This document shows, piece by piece, positions 18,085-28,167 of a DNA stretch of 64,000 nucleotides; position 1 is the stretch's first letter, and every line of letters starts with the position of its first letter. Source of the stretch: an uncultured Clostridia bacterium (GTDB taxonomy: Bacteria; Bacillota; DTU014). Under the pieces are notes generated by a model. It searched no databases and was not told where the DNA came from. It saw only the letters and a program-made list of their open reading frames with translations. The translations under genes were made by a program, and so were the position numbers. The stretch is from assembly GCA_900016865.1 (NCBI GenBank), contig FIZI01000008.1, forward strand, positions 5,425-69,424. Direction: 5' to 3'.

Positions 18085-20013
18085 CTACAGATGCCATCGT
18101 CTATGATATAGCGACCACTCTACGACAAGGAGCAACAGTGCAAGGATCATAAAAGCAGCCCTGAAATGCACTCGCTGCGACACAAGCAGCTCTTCAGCAA
18201 GTGCAGAAACCGAAGCTGTCATATCATCGACTCTTGAGGACCGCCTCACTATCCCAGAACCTATAGCGTCAACGCCATCTCTGCGGTTGATTCGTGACTC
18301 CTCACTGTCGAATAAGTTGACTGCATACGTATACTCCTGACCTGATACGGACACCCAGTAGATCCCGGTCTCATAAGTGTCCGCGTACAACAAGAAATCG
18401 CCGCTGACCTCGACTTCCCGCGTATCTCCCGTAGGCGGGGTAATCCTGGCGACGGTTCTGCCAGCTACAGCCGTGCTTTCAGAAGACTGAGATCCGAGCG
18501 GCACATAAATAGGATCGCCCGGACTCAATTGGCGTACATCGTCACTGCTTCCTAGCATGTATGACACCAGGTTGTAGACAAGTATCGGGAAACTGGGCGA
18601 ACCAACGAACGACCTGGAGGTAAAGGGAAAACCGAAGTACACATACTTGTTGCGGTAAGCCGTACCTGCTAAAACAAGCGGCCCGTATCTTCCCCACGCT
18701 ACAACCTCCGCGTCAGGCGAAGGGTCTAGAACTTGACCTGTCTGAGCGACAATGATCCTCTCGTCTACATAGCGCATCAGAGGATGCGATTTGTCAACGT
18801 GTATAGCCTCCGCATACTCGTACTCGCCGATTACAGACACGTCGGCAATCCCGTGTGGCGCGTTTATCACAACGGTGTTTGTCACCAACCCGGACCTGAA
18901 CGGTGTCTCGTCGTAGAACACAATGTCATACCCATAATGGATTGCTGAATGGTCCTGCCCTGGGAGCCTCGCGTCTACCTTTAGCCCAGGGATGGAGCGC
19001 AGGGCTGCATAGAGATTGATGTTGCCTGGAGTGATCAGCAAGACGTTGCGGCTGCCATGCTCTCTAGCGATCGTATACGCGGTGTTATCTAGATCCAGGT
19101 CGTCTGAAGGCGCAATCTCCAAGCGAACAGGTGCATAGGGCGCTACCTGAAGGCTATAGCTCACTGCCTTCCTCTCATGGGGCTCAAGTTCTATGAACCT
19201 CGACTCTACCAGCTGACTGCCGTAAAAGAGAGACACCGGAAACACAGATCTCTCGTCACTGAAGTTGTCGATAATCGCAAAGACTTGGGAGGGCCCTTCA
19301 CCGTGAGGCGGCCTGCGTATCTCCAATGCCGTGATGGCGACATTTCTTGCCTCACCGCCGACAGTGACGATGTCCACCGGGAGACTGCCTGGATCAATCA
19401 GGCCCAGCCAGTCGTCTTGTACGCTAAAATTTCCGTCAGTGAAAAGCGCTACTGACTCAGCCTGTGAGCGGTCCTGTGCCAGGGCGGCCATCAGAGAAAC
19501 AAGGCTGCCTGAGTTCGACGCCGCGTTCTTCACCTGCAGTTCTGAGATGGCTTTTTCTACTGAACGCCGATCTGTCGTATAGTCGAGACGTGAGACAGTC
19601 ATTGAGTTAAACTCAAAAAGCGCGATCTCGGAGTTAGCAGGGAGTGAGCGCAAGTAGGAAACAGCCGCAGCCTTTGCTACGGAGAGCCTGTCTGGATCGA
19701 CATCTGTAGCAGCCATACTTGCCGACGTATCAATAATCATTACGTAACGCTCAGGCTTGAGGACAAATCTGTTGATGAAAAACCCTGACAGCAAGAACGC
19801 GCAGACAACTACTAAGAGTATCTGGATCAAGAGCAACAGGTTGCGGACCAATCGATCCCATACTGAACGCCTGCCTGCTGACGTCAAAGCCTTCTGCCAC
19901 AGGAGGACCGAAGAGACAATAACCTCCGTGCTCTTTGGCTGAAAGACATGGTAGGCTATAATGATCGGGATGAGCGCAAGCGACATCAAGTATAGCGGCC
20001 ACAGAAATCCCAT
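18085..20013 (-). CDS. BatA-like protein: N-terminal double-TM aerotolerance-regulator domain + VWA domain, C-terminal TM anchor
   Basis: MGFLWPLYLMSLALIPIIIAYHVF... is the BatA_N-type start. VWA (VMIIDTSASMAATDV). C-terminal TM AAFMILALLLLVVEW. GGAAGGAG SD. Confidence 0.85.
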   Translation of the reverse strand: MGFLWPLYLMSLALIPIIIAYHVFQPKSTEVIVSSVLLWQKALTSAGRRSVWDRLVRNLLLLIQILLVVVCAFLLSGFFINRFVLKPERYVMIIDTSASMAATDVDPDRLSVAKAAAVSYLRSLPANSEIALFEFNSMTVSRLDYTTDRRSVEKAISELQVKNAASNSGSLVSLMAALAQDRSQAESVALFTDGNFSVQDDWLGLIDPGSLPVDIVTVGGEARNVAITALEIRRPPHGEGPSQVFAIIDNFSDERSVFPVSLFYGSQLVESRFIELEPHERKAVSYSLQVAPYAPVRLEIAPSDDLDLDNTAYTIAREHGSRNVLLITPGNINLYAALRSIPGLKVDARLPGQDHSAIHYGYDIVFYDETPFRSGLVTNTVVINAPHGIADVSVIGEYEYAEAIHVDKSHPLMRYVDERIIVAQTGQVLDPSPDAEVVAWGRYGPLVLAGTAYRNKYVYFGFPFTSRSFVGSPSFPILVYNLVSYMLGSSDDVRQLSPGDPIYVPLGSQSSESTAVAGRTVARITPPTGDTREVEVSGDFLLYADTYETGIYWVSVSGQEYTYAVNLFDSEESRINRRDGVDAIGSGIVRRSSRVDDMTASVSALAEELLVSQRVHFRAAFMILALLLLVVEWSLYHRRWHL

Positions 20014-20117
20014 GCTCAGATGACTCCTTCCGCCGTGTCAGCGCGGGCACTCCTTCGAAGGCAACCTAAGCCGTCATTTGCAGCGCGGCCGAGAAAACGC
20101 GTTGGCGAGCGCCAGAA

Positions 20118-20999
20118 TCAGCGCAGATACCCATCCGCAACAAGGGACCGAAACAGGACCTCTTTGAGCGGGGTAGCAGTGACAAGTCGGGTGTATTTCA
20201 TCCCATAGGCATGACAGAACCGCTCTGCCTCTCCACAGAACTCCTCGAGCGCGGCCTGGTAATGCCTGAGCAAGCGGGGCCCGACAGATACATCCCTTAT
20301 CTCAGATGTCTCAGAATCCACCACTCGCACATCGCCCTTGAGATCAGGATTTATCTCGGATTCTGCCAGACAGTGGATCAAGTATACGTCATGCCGCTGT
20401 GAGGCTAGGTGCTTCAGGCCAATTCGGTAATCCTCTGCGAACAGCAGGTCGGATATAACAACCACTACACCTGAAGGCCTAGACTCGGCAGCAACTGCAG
20501 TGCATGCGGCGTTAAACCCGGTTTCGGCTGAGGACGGGTGGTCTGTTCCAAAAAACCGCATCAACTCCGGGACTGCTCGCTTGCCCCTAAGCGCAGGCAG
20601 CCGCTTGAGTCCACCGGAGTCAAACACAGAAACTACGCACCTGTCACCGCCTGAGAGGATTATGTATGAAAGAGCCGCAGCCAGCCGCCTAGCGAACAAG
20701 TGCTTGCTCGGTTCTCCAAACCTCATGGACGGGCTGTTGTCTACGACCATGTAGACCTCGATATCCTCTTCGTCTCTAAAGAGCTTTATCAGCAGCTTGT
20801 CTACCCGGGCGTAGACGTTCCAGTCCACATAACGCATGTCGTCTCCGGGCGAATAATCCCGATAGTCTGCAAACTCGACGCTGCTTCCGTGTTTGACGCT
20901 GCGACGCTCGCCGCGAAACCTGCCGCTTACATCCCTCTTGACAACGAGAGAGAGGCGATCCAAGCCCCTAAAGAAGTCGCTGCTAAATAACTCTTCCAA
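20118..20999 (-). CDS. DUF58 domain protein (MoxR-partner, VWA-like)
   Basis: Conserved DUF58 core FADYRDYSPGDDMRYVDWNVYARVDKLLIKLFRDEED..YMVVDNSPSM. Overlaps MoxR by 17 nt. Confidence 0.9.
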   Translation of the reverse strand: MEELFSSDFFRGLDRLSLVVKRDVSGRFRGERRSVKHGSSVEFADYRDYSPGDDMRYVDWNVYARVDKLLIKLFRDEEDIEVYMVVDNSPSMRFGEPSKHLFARRLAAALSYIILSGGDRCVVSVFDSGGLKRLPALRGKRAVPELMRFFGTDHPSSAETGFNAACTAVAAESRPSGVVVVISDLLFAEDYRIGLKHLASQRHDVYLIHCLAESEINPDLKGDVRVVDSETSEIRDVSVGPRLLRHYQAALEEFCGEAERFCHAYGMKYTRLVTATPLKEVLFRSLVADGYLR

Positions 21000-21990
21000 A
21001 CTTCTTCTCCCCTCGTTTTTTCACCTCTGCCAAGACATCCTCGACAATCATGTCAGAGGTTATCCCGTCTGCCTCTGCCTCAAAGTTGAGGATCACTCTG
21101 TGCCGCAGTGCAGTGACAGCGACCGCGTCGACATCCAAGTAGCTGACATAATGCCTGTTATTGAGAACGGCTTTGACCTTGCCTCCAAGGATCATCGCCT
21201 GCGCTCCACGCGGGCTGACCCCGAACCGCACGTATTTCTTCACCATCTCAGTTGCTTCTTCACTATCCGGGTGAGTTGCCAGGACCACACGACTCACGTA
21301 GTTGTAGACTGGGATCGAGACGGGGGTTCGCACAAATACGCGCCTCAACTCGAGCAAAGTCTCTCCGTCTATGACTTTGTTGACTGAGATGTCAGTGCCT
21401 TCGGTGGTTCTCCTCAATATGGATGTCAGCTCGGTCAACGACGGATATTCAACATTGACCTTAAACATAAACCTGTCCAACTGCGCCTCAGGCAGCGGAT
21501 ATGTCCCCTCGAGCTCAAGCGGGTTCTCTGTGGCGAGGACTAAGAACGGTTGGCTTAGGACATGGCGTTCTCCAACCACAGTCACACTGCCTTCTTGCAT
21601 GGCTTCGAGCAGGGCGGATTGAGTCTTTGGTGTCGCTCTGTTGATCTCATCCGCGAGCACTATATTGGCGAACACGGGCCCCGGCCTGAACTGAAACTCC
21701 CGTGAGCCGTCGGGGCCTTCTACGAGCACATTCGTACCCGTGATATCCGAAGGCATCAGATCAGGAGTAAACTGAATGCGCGAAAAGGTCATGTCAAATA
21801 CCTGGCTCAGCGTTCGCACAAGCAGAGTCTTGCCAAGCCCGGGAACACCCTCAAGAAGCACATGCCCTCCAACCATCATGCCGGTAAGGGCAGTGTCAAC
21901 TACGCTTTCCTGCCCGACTATGACGCGACCGATCTCTTGTCGTATCTTGTCATATGTCTCTCGCACCTCTGCAAACGACTCTTCATTCAT
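20983..21990 (-). CDS. MoxR-family AAA+ ATPase
   Basis: Walker A LLEGVPGLGKT. Motif RIQFTPDLMPSDITG. 335 aa. Confidence 0.93.
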   Translation of the reverse strand: MNEESFAEVRETYDKIRQEIGRVIVGQESVVDTALTGMMVGGHVLLEGVPGLGKTLLVRTLSQVFDMTFSRIQFTPDLMPSDITGTNVLVEGPDGSREFQFRPGPVFANIVLADEINRATPKTQSALLEAMQEGSVTVVGERHVLSQPFLVLATENPLELEGTYPLPEAQLDRFMFKVNVEYPSLTELTSILRRTTEGTDISVNKVIDGETLLELRRVFVRTPVSIPVYNYVSRVVLATHPDSEEATEMVKKYVRFGVSPRGAQAMILGGKVKAVLNNRHYVSYLDVDAVAVTALRHRVILNFEAEADGITSDMIVEDVLAEVKKRGEKKFGRVI

Positions 21991-22006
21991 GACGCCCCAT
22001 CCTCTC

Positions 22007-23668
22007 TCATTTCAGGCCGTCGAAGTAGTTCGATACGATCTGCTTGTACCTCTCAGGGTATTCGCCTTCCAGTATCTGTCCTTCATAAGCTGCACCGGAG
22101 TATACCTTGAGCTGATCCGGAGGGCTCATCCCTACTTCGCCTTCTGCAGGAGTCCCTAGAACTGTGGACAGAGTCAGGTCTATCTCGTCTCCTTCACCGG
22201 TGAACCGATGATCTACGAGTGTCCTGTAACCCTCCAACCGCTCAGACACTGGCCCATAGAGTCTGTCGCCGGGCGATGTCCCGAGGCCTTCACCAGGCAC
22301 ATCTACAGGAAGCGACTGATCGACGGCAAAACCTTCGAAGCCGCCCGCCGAATCAGACGGAGCATCCTCGCCAGTGAGCAAACCCAAAGCAGCGTCCGAG
22401 TCCGACTCGAGTAGGTAATGAGATTGCTGTTCTTGGCTGTCCGTATTCCCAGGAATCGGTGTACCGCCCTCCTGCTGGGTTGCAGTGTATGAGCGCAGTA
22501 GCTCTGCCCTCTGCTCTATCAATTGATGGCGGCGTCTCGACGTGAGGTCCTCAAGGCGTTCCCTCTGCAGCAAATCCAACGCCCTCTCGGACAGCTCTGA
22601 GAGATTGCGCAAAGAGCTGTTGCGCTCAAGCTCGGACTGCAGCTCGGCGATCAGGCGCTGAATGGTTTCAAGCTCCTTTGGGTCCAACACATCCTTGGAC
22701 ATCTCCAAGAGGCCCTGTACGGTTTGGGCCATATCTTGAGCACTCCTCATCCGCTGTTGCATAGAGGAGTCCTGCATCTCGATAGCGGAGGCCGCAAGGA
22801 GCTTCATCGCCTCCTCCAACGCGGGGTTCTGCGCGGCTTTATTTGCCTGATCCAAACGAAGTCTCTCGATTTCCTGGAGCACCCGTGCAATCAACTCGTC
22901 GCTTGCAGCTCTTGTCTTCATTGACCGCTCGTTGATCCCCTTTGTCAGCCTTGAGAGCTCGTCCTGGAGATAGTCCGGATCTATTGAATCAGCAGCCATA
23001 GTGCGCGCCAGCTCTTCAGCTTTCTCGTACAGCTCTCGTTCCTCTCTGCTTAAATTTTCCGCCCTCGATGCATCAAGTGCAGCCCCAGCAAATTGCATCG
23101 ACATACGCTTGAGGTCCCTGATCAAGAATGGATCTTGCTCTTCACCGATCATTCGGCCGGTCGGCACAAAGAAGTGCACAACGAGCAGCAGGGCTAGGGC
23201 TGCAGCTGTCACTCGCCACAGTCTCGGTATCTCCAGGCCGATAATGCGGCTCTCGGGTGTTGATACAAGCAAACGTGCAACGTCTCGAAGGAACGGCCGC
23301 AGATAAAGGGGGTCGATCTCGTCCGGCCTGCTCAAAAAGTCCACGGCGCTCTCAACCATGCCCGGCTGCGTAACCTCTCGATCAATAAAGGCAGCGAGCT
23401 CCAGATCTTTGACAGGGCGCAGTGATGCCCAGAGAAAACTCATGCCCGCCACAGATCCCACAGCCAATAGCAGAGTGTCTGATGAGTAAAAAGACACGGG
23501 TATATATACTACCTTGTTCACGGCTGCTACTGCGATCGCCACAAACAACACGGCAGTTATGCCAAGCAGTGCTAGCTCCAAAAAGAGAAGCACGCGGTAT
23601 CTCAGCCTAAGCCAAAGTAGTCTACGCCTTATCACATCGCGATAGGGGACCAGCCAGGACTCACTCAT
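22007..23668 (-). CDS. Membrane protein with N-terminal TM helices and long coiled-coil/acidic C-terminal region (first gene of the MoxR cluster; DUF4129/DUF4350-like position)
   Basis: Track start (23791) is GTG without SD. The ATG at 23668 has a GGAGG SD, so it is used. TM segments VLLFLELALLGITAVLFVAIAVAAV and AAALALLLVVHFFV. Heptad-rich E/R/L region. No recognisable catalytic motif. Confidence 0.7.
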   Translation of the reverse strand: MSESWLVPYRDVIRRRLLWLRLRYRVLLFLELALLGITAVLFVAIAVAAVNKVVYIPVSFYSSDTLLLAVGSVAGMSFLWASLRPVKDLELAAFIDREVTQPGMVESAVDFLSRPDEIDPLYLRPFLRDVARLLVSTPESRIIGLEIPRLWRVTAAALALLLVVHFFVPTGRMIGEEQDPFLIRDLKRMSMQFAGAALDASRAENLSREERELYEKAEELARTMAADSIDPDYLQDELSRLTKGINERSMKTRAASDELIARVLQEIERLRLDQANKAAQNPALEEAMKLLAASAIEMQDSSMQQRMRSAQDMAQTVQGLLEMSKDVLDPKELETIQRLIAELQSELERNSSLRNLSELSERALDLLQRERLEDLTSRRRHQLIEQRAELLRSYTATQQEGGTPIPGNTDSQEQQSHYLLESDSDAALGLLTGEDAPSDSAGGFEGFAVDQSLPVDVPGEGLGTSPGDRLYGPVSERLEGYRTLVDHRFTGEGDEIDLTLSTVLGTPAEGEVGMSPPDQLKVYSGAAYEGQILEGEYPERYKQIVSNYFDGLK

Positions 23669-23994
23669 CACCCGAACCTCCATGCTAGAGGCTGCTATGC
23701 TATGAGACGGCATCCGTAGTTGCAGGTAGCTCGATCCGCTGCAACTCCATACGATCCGCCACAACTCCATTATATAGGATCTACAAAGCACAGACTACTG
23801 ACGCGAATCCCAAATATTGGATGAGCGCACACTATTAGTACACCAAACTCATATGGGGTATCCAGCATAAGACGAGATTTTTCCTCGTCATTTGCATTTG
23901 ACCACATATGCACATCAGACCTTATATATAGAGTCATCGAGACCCAATTTAAGCCAGTGGGTTTTGAGCTGTGTCCCCGAAATCTGCTGCTGGG

Positions 23995-24031
23995 CTGAAC
24001 AAGAAAGCCGACCGCACATGTCGGTCGGCTT
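23995..24031 (-). terminator. Intrinsic terminator downstream of the Omp85/BamA-like gene (AAGCCGACCG-cacatgt-CGGTCGGCTT, T-tract on minus strand)
   Basis: Perfect 10-bp stem with 7-nt loop. On the minus strand it is followed by CTTTCTTGTT. Places the OMP gene in its own transcription unit. Confidence 0.65.
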
Positions 24032-24047
24032 GCCGTAGACAATGACT

Positions 24048-24080
24048 TCGGCTGTACTCCTAGACCTCGGCTGTACTCCT
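24048..24080. repeat. 14-bp direct repeat TCGGCTGTACTCCT x2 (19-bp period) just 3' of the OMP gene stop
   Basis: Seen directly. Function unknown. Confidence 0.5.
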
Positions 24081-24099
24081 GCCTAAGAGCTCAAGGAAG

Positions 24100-25971
24100 C
24101 TAGAACAGGTTGCCCATGCTGAAATGCAGCCTTCCGTCTCCGCCGGAGAAACCGTAGTCAAACCTCAATATGAAACCAGGAGTCAAGGCAAACCTAACAC
24201 CTACTCCATAGCCCATCTTAAAACCGTCGAGGCTCATTGACTCGCCCTTGGCAAACGCATTGCCTGCATCGACAAATACAACGCCTTGGAGGTTCTTTGC
24301 TAAGTCGACTCTGTATTCGAGGTTGACCACGGCCATCTTGTCGCCAATCAAGGTGTTGTCTGCAATCCCTCTCACGGTGTTGGTGCCGCCGATTCTCCAA
24401 AGCTCATGCGAGGGCACGTCTCCAGAGGACAAGCCCAACAAGGCTCTTGCTCCAAAAACATGTCCTGACTTGACAGAGAACAAACGGCTGAATGAGAAGT
24501 TGTACTTGATGAAGTTGAAATCTCCGCCCAGCACGCCGCCTGCATACTTGATGCCCAGGCCTGCTTGGCCTCCGGTCTTGGGATCGGTGAAGCTGTCTCT
24601 CGTATCTCTGGAGACCCCTGCCTCGATAGCGTGGGTCCTACCGCCCTTGGTGACTCCCGGAGGAGGCGTCTCGTCCCAAACGTTGCGTGTATCCTCGATC
24701 GACACAGTGCCGTATATCGAAGTATACGGATCCAGGTACCTGCCTAGGCCAAGCAGTCCGCCTTTGCGATACTCGGTGTAGTTGATCTTCTCAACTGTCC
24801 TATCTCGATATGTGTCGAACAGGGCGACATTTAGAGACAGTTCTGTGTCGCCAAGTCTCGGAGCGCCGTATGCAACCTCGTAGTAGCGCCCCTTCTTGCT
24901 CAGCTCCGCAAAAAGGTGAGCACTGTGCGCTCTGCCAAGGAAGTTGTCCTCAGCTAGCTTGACCTGTGCGCCCACTCCTTCTTCTGAGTTCCACCATATA
25001 GCTCCGTCGAAGTAAGCTGTCTTTTGTTCAAATACCTCGAAAGTGACGTCTATGTCCGCAGAATCCGGCCGAGCCTCAGGTATGATCGCTACATCTTCGA
25101 AGATGCGCAAGTTGTAGATGCGACGAGCGTCCTCTTGAAGTTTGGGAATGCAGAACAGGTCGCCCGGCTTGGTCTTGATTTCTTTCCAGATCACGTCTTC
25201 TTTGGTCTTTTCAAACCCGACAACCTTGATACTGCCGATTCTGCCCTCCTCGACAATAACGGCTAGCTTGCCGTTCTCGTCTATGAACGGATCTGCGACT
25301 GTCAGGGCAATGATATACCCGTCCCTGCTGTACAGGTCAATGATCGCCTGAAATGCTTCATCAAGTGCGTTACGGTTGATTGCTACCCCTTTTTCCAACT
25401 CAATGAGTGCTTCGAGTTCGCTATCAGAAAAGACCGTATTGCCCTCAAAAGTAGCTCCTCTGTACGCAGGAAGCTCCTCAACCCTGAACGTCAGCCTGAC
25501 TCCGCCCAGAAACTCAGAAACAGACGGGACGACACTTATGAAGTACCCCATATTGAAGACCTCGTTGGCCCCGCGCTGAATTACCTCATCAGTCAGTTGA
25601 ATACCGGGTTTGATCGATAGGGCGCTGCGGATCTGCTCAGTCGGTATGGTCACATTGCCGACTACAGATATTGCTGAGAGACTTCCGTACGAAACTCCCG
25701 AGGCGTCTTCGGAAACTGTCTCGCTTTCCTCCGACAGCGGCTCCGACTCTACGCTCTCACCTTCTATGCCTCCTGCTGGCTCGGGAAGTGCCTCTCCAAG
25801 AGCCTCATACCCTTCATCTGCTATGGCTTGCGTGATCTCACCAAGCTCGCCATTGTCAGTTGGCTCGACTGCTATCGCGATCTGCCCAATCAAAAGACTC
25901 ATAAGTATCAGTCCAACAGCGACAAAGGTCCGGGCTCGTCTACTCCCTGACGCGGCCAATCGAATCGTCAT
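24100..25971 (-). CDS. Omp85/BamA-family outer-membrane protein (POTRA repeats + C-terminal beta-barrel)
   Basis: Signal/TM at N-terminus, acidic linker, about three POTRA-like repeats, then a Gly/aromatic-rich barrel. C-terminal residues ...RLHFSMGNLF end in Phe, as in OMP beta-barrels. Own SD and terminator. Confidence 0.8.
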   Translation of the reverse strand: MTIRLAASGSRRARTFVAVGLILMSLLIGQIAIAVEPTDNGELGEITQAIADEGYEALGEALPEPAGGIEGESVESEPLSEESETVSEDASGVSYGSLSAISVVGNVTIPTEQIRSALSIKPGIQLTDEVIQRGANEVFNMGYFISVVPSVSEFLGGVRLTFRVEELPAYRGATFEGNTVFSDSELEALIELEKGVAINRNALDEAFQAIIDLYSRDGYIIALTVADPFIDENGKLAVIVEEGRIGSIKVVGFEKTKEDVIWKEIKTKPGDLFCIPKLQEDARRIYNLRIFEDVAIIPEARPDSADIDVTFEVFEQKTAYFDGAIWWNSEEGVGAQVKLAEDNFLGRAHSAHLFAELSKKGRYYEVAYGAPRLGDTELSLNVALFDTYRDRTVEKINYTEYRKGGLLGLGRYLDPYTSIYGTVSIEDTRNVWDETPPPGVTKGGRTHAIEAGVSRDTRDSFTDPKTGGQAGLGIKYAGGVLGGDFNFIKYNFSFSRLFSVKSGHVFGARALLGLSSGDVPSHELWRIGGTNTVRGIADNTLIGDKMAVVNLEYRVDLAKNLQGVVFVDAGNAFAKGESMSLDGFKMGYGVGVRFALTPGFILRFDYGFSGGDGRLHFSMGNLF

Positions 25972-26250
25972 TGCCTAATCCAACCCTTCCTACTCAATAA
26001 TGTACAAAAACCTCTATGAGCCTGATGCTCTATTAGGTATTGATGCAGATTCAACGTAGTATTAGTCTGTATTCTCTATGTCTCCTTCATTTCCTCTATA
26101 GCGTGTCTTTTTACAAATGATGGGACAACGCCTATAGCAGCACTGTTCTCGACAAAACCAGGAACTAATGCTAGATTGAAATCGTCTTAATGGACTGCAC
26201 GGCTCACTACTTGTATAGATACGAAAACCAACGAATGAAGATCTAGGGAC

Positions 26251-27258
26251 GTGGGAAGGTGTTTTACGGTGTTGGAATCGGCAAGCAGCATCAACGATCG
26301 AGCAAGGGAGTCAAGCGCATTTGTCCAAGATCTCTTTGCTGAGATAAGAAAAGTGATAGTAGGCCAACAGCGACTCGTTGAACGGCTGCTCATAGGACTG
26401 TTGACCAACGGACACGTCTTACTCGAAGGAGTCCCGGGCTTGGCAAAGACCCTTGCGGTGAAGTCACTGGCGGCAGCTGTTGACGCGAGGTTCCAGCGGA
26501 TTCAGTTCACACCGGACCTCCTGCCGGCAGACCTCATAGGGACTCTCATCTACAATCCTTCAACCGGCTCTTTTACAACACGAATGGGGCCGATTTTCGC
26601 AAACATCGTGCTTGCAGACGAGGTGAACCGTGCCCCGGCCAAGGTCCAAAGCGCCCTGCTCGAAGCAATGGAGGAGCGCCAGGTCACTATAGGCGACACG
26701 ACCTATCAACTTGACGAGCCGTTTCTGGTGCTGGCAACTCAAAACCCACTGGAGCAGCAGGGCACATACCCACTGCCTGAAGCTCAACTGGACAGGTTCA
26801 TGATGAAAGTCAACATCACCTATCCTACGAAGGACGAGGAAAAGGAGATCTTGTCGCGCATGGCGCGAGTGGATTCACCGATTCAGATCAAGCCGGTCGT
26901 GTCGCTCGAGGACATCATGAACGCGCGCAAAGTAGTCGACAGCATCTACATAGATGACAAAATCAAGGACTACATAGTCGACATCGTGTTTGCAACGAGG
27001 AAACCCTCAGATTATGGCGTAGATATGGACAACTACGTCGAGTACGGCGCTTCCCCGCGCGCATCCATATTCCTCACACTAGCAGCCAAGGCATACGCCT
27101 TTATACAGGGCCGAGGCTATGTCGTTCCCCACGACGTGAAGTCCATAGGCATGGACGTCCTAAGGCACAGAGTAGTAGTCAACTACGAGGCGGAGGCTGA
27201 GGGCATATCTTCAGAAGACCTAATAAGAGCAGTATTTGACAGAGTGGAGACTCCTTAG
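26251..27258 (+). CDS. MoxR-family AAA+ ATPase (second copy)
   Basis: LLEGVPGLAKT and RIQFTPDLLPADLIGT motifs. GTG at 26251 is the longest start. A GTG at 26269 preceded by GGGAAGGTG SD is an equally plausible start. Confidence 0.92.
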   Translation: MGRCFTVLESASSINDRARESSAFVQDLFAEIRKVIVGQQRLVERLLIGLLTNGHVLLEGVPGLAKTLAVKSLAAAVDARFQRIQFTPDLLPADLIGTLIYNPSTGSFTTRMGPIFANIVLADEVNRAPAKVQSALLEAMEERQVTIGDTTYQLDEPFLVLATQNPLEQQGTYPLPEAQLDRFMMKVNITYPTKDEEKEILSRMARVDSPIQIKPVVSLEDIMNARKVVDSIYIDDKIKDYIVDIVFATRKPSDYGVDMDNYVEYGASPRASIFLTLAAKAYAFIQGRGYVVPHDVKSIGMDVLRHRVVVNYEAEAEGISSEDLIRAVFDRVETP

Positions 27259-27279
27259 GCTACCGGAGTGTGTTCACCA

Positions 27280-28167
27280 ATGCTCGCTGAAGAAATCATC
27301 AAAAAAGTGAGGGGCTTACAGATCCATGCACGAAGGCTCGTCACTGATATTCCGTCGGGCCAGTACTCAAGTGCGTTCAGAGGCTCGGGCATGGAGTTTG
27401 ACGAAGTCCGAGAATACCAGCCCGGAGACGATGTCCGCGCCATTGACTGGAACGTCAGTGCGCGAATGGGCTCCCCGTACATAAAGCGGTTTGTAGAGGA
27501 ACGAGAGCTGACGGTCATGCTCGTGGTCGATTTGAGCTTGAGTCAGTCCTTCGGCTCTTTCTCGTCGCAGAAGAGCGACGTAGCAACCGAGCTCTCTGCA
27601 GTGCTCGCCTTTCTTGCTACGAGCCACAATGACAAAGTCGGCCTAATCGCATTCTCGGATCAGGTGAACCTGTTTGTGCCGCCCGACAAAAGCAGGAAAC
27701 ACGTGCTTAGGATCATCAGAGAAATCCTCTGCTCGCAGCCGACAGGCAAGGGCACTGACCTAAAAGGTGCACTGGACTATCTCAACAAAGTCATGCGCAG
27801 AAGCACTGTGACGTTTCTCATATCCGACTTCTGCGCTCCTGACTTCTCAACCGCCTTGAGGCTTGCGTCCAGGCGGCACGACATAGTGGCGCTTAGGGTG
27901 ATAGACCCGTGGGAGCTGGAGCTTCCTCCAGTTGGACTGCTAGAGCTGGAGGACCCTGAGACAGGCCGGCACGTCCTGGTTGACACCAGTTCAAGACAGG
28001 TACGCGAGCACTACGCCAGACTGGCTGCTGATCATCAGAGCAGCCTATCGTCGCTTTTCCAATCGTGTGACATCGACTACGCAGACATATTCACGGACAG
28101 GCCTTATATAGTGCCCCTTCGCGCTCTCCTCAGCCGCCGCGAACACAGGAGGCGTCTGCGGCCGTGA
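27280..28167 (+). CDS. DUF58 domain protein (second copy)
   Basis: FDEVREYQPGDDVRAIDWNVSARMGSPYIKRFVEERELTVMLVVDLSLSQ. ATG at 27280 with GGAGTG SD (track start 27268 is GTG). Confidence 0.9.
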   Translation: MLAEEIIKKVRGLQIHARRLVTDIPSGQYSSAFRGSGMEFDEVREYQPGDDVRAIDWNVSARMGSPYIKRFVEERELTVMLVVDLSLSQSFGSFSSQKSDVATELSAVLAFLATSHNDKVGLIAFSDQVNLFVPPDKSRKHVLRIIREILCSQPTGKGTDLKGALDYLNKVMRRSTVTFLISDFCAPDFSTALRLASRRHDIVALRVIDPWELELPPVGLLELEDPETGRHVLVDTSSRQVREHYARLAADHQSSLSSLFQSCDIDYADIFTDRPYIVPLRALLSRREHRRRLRP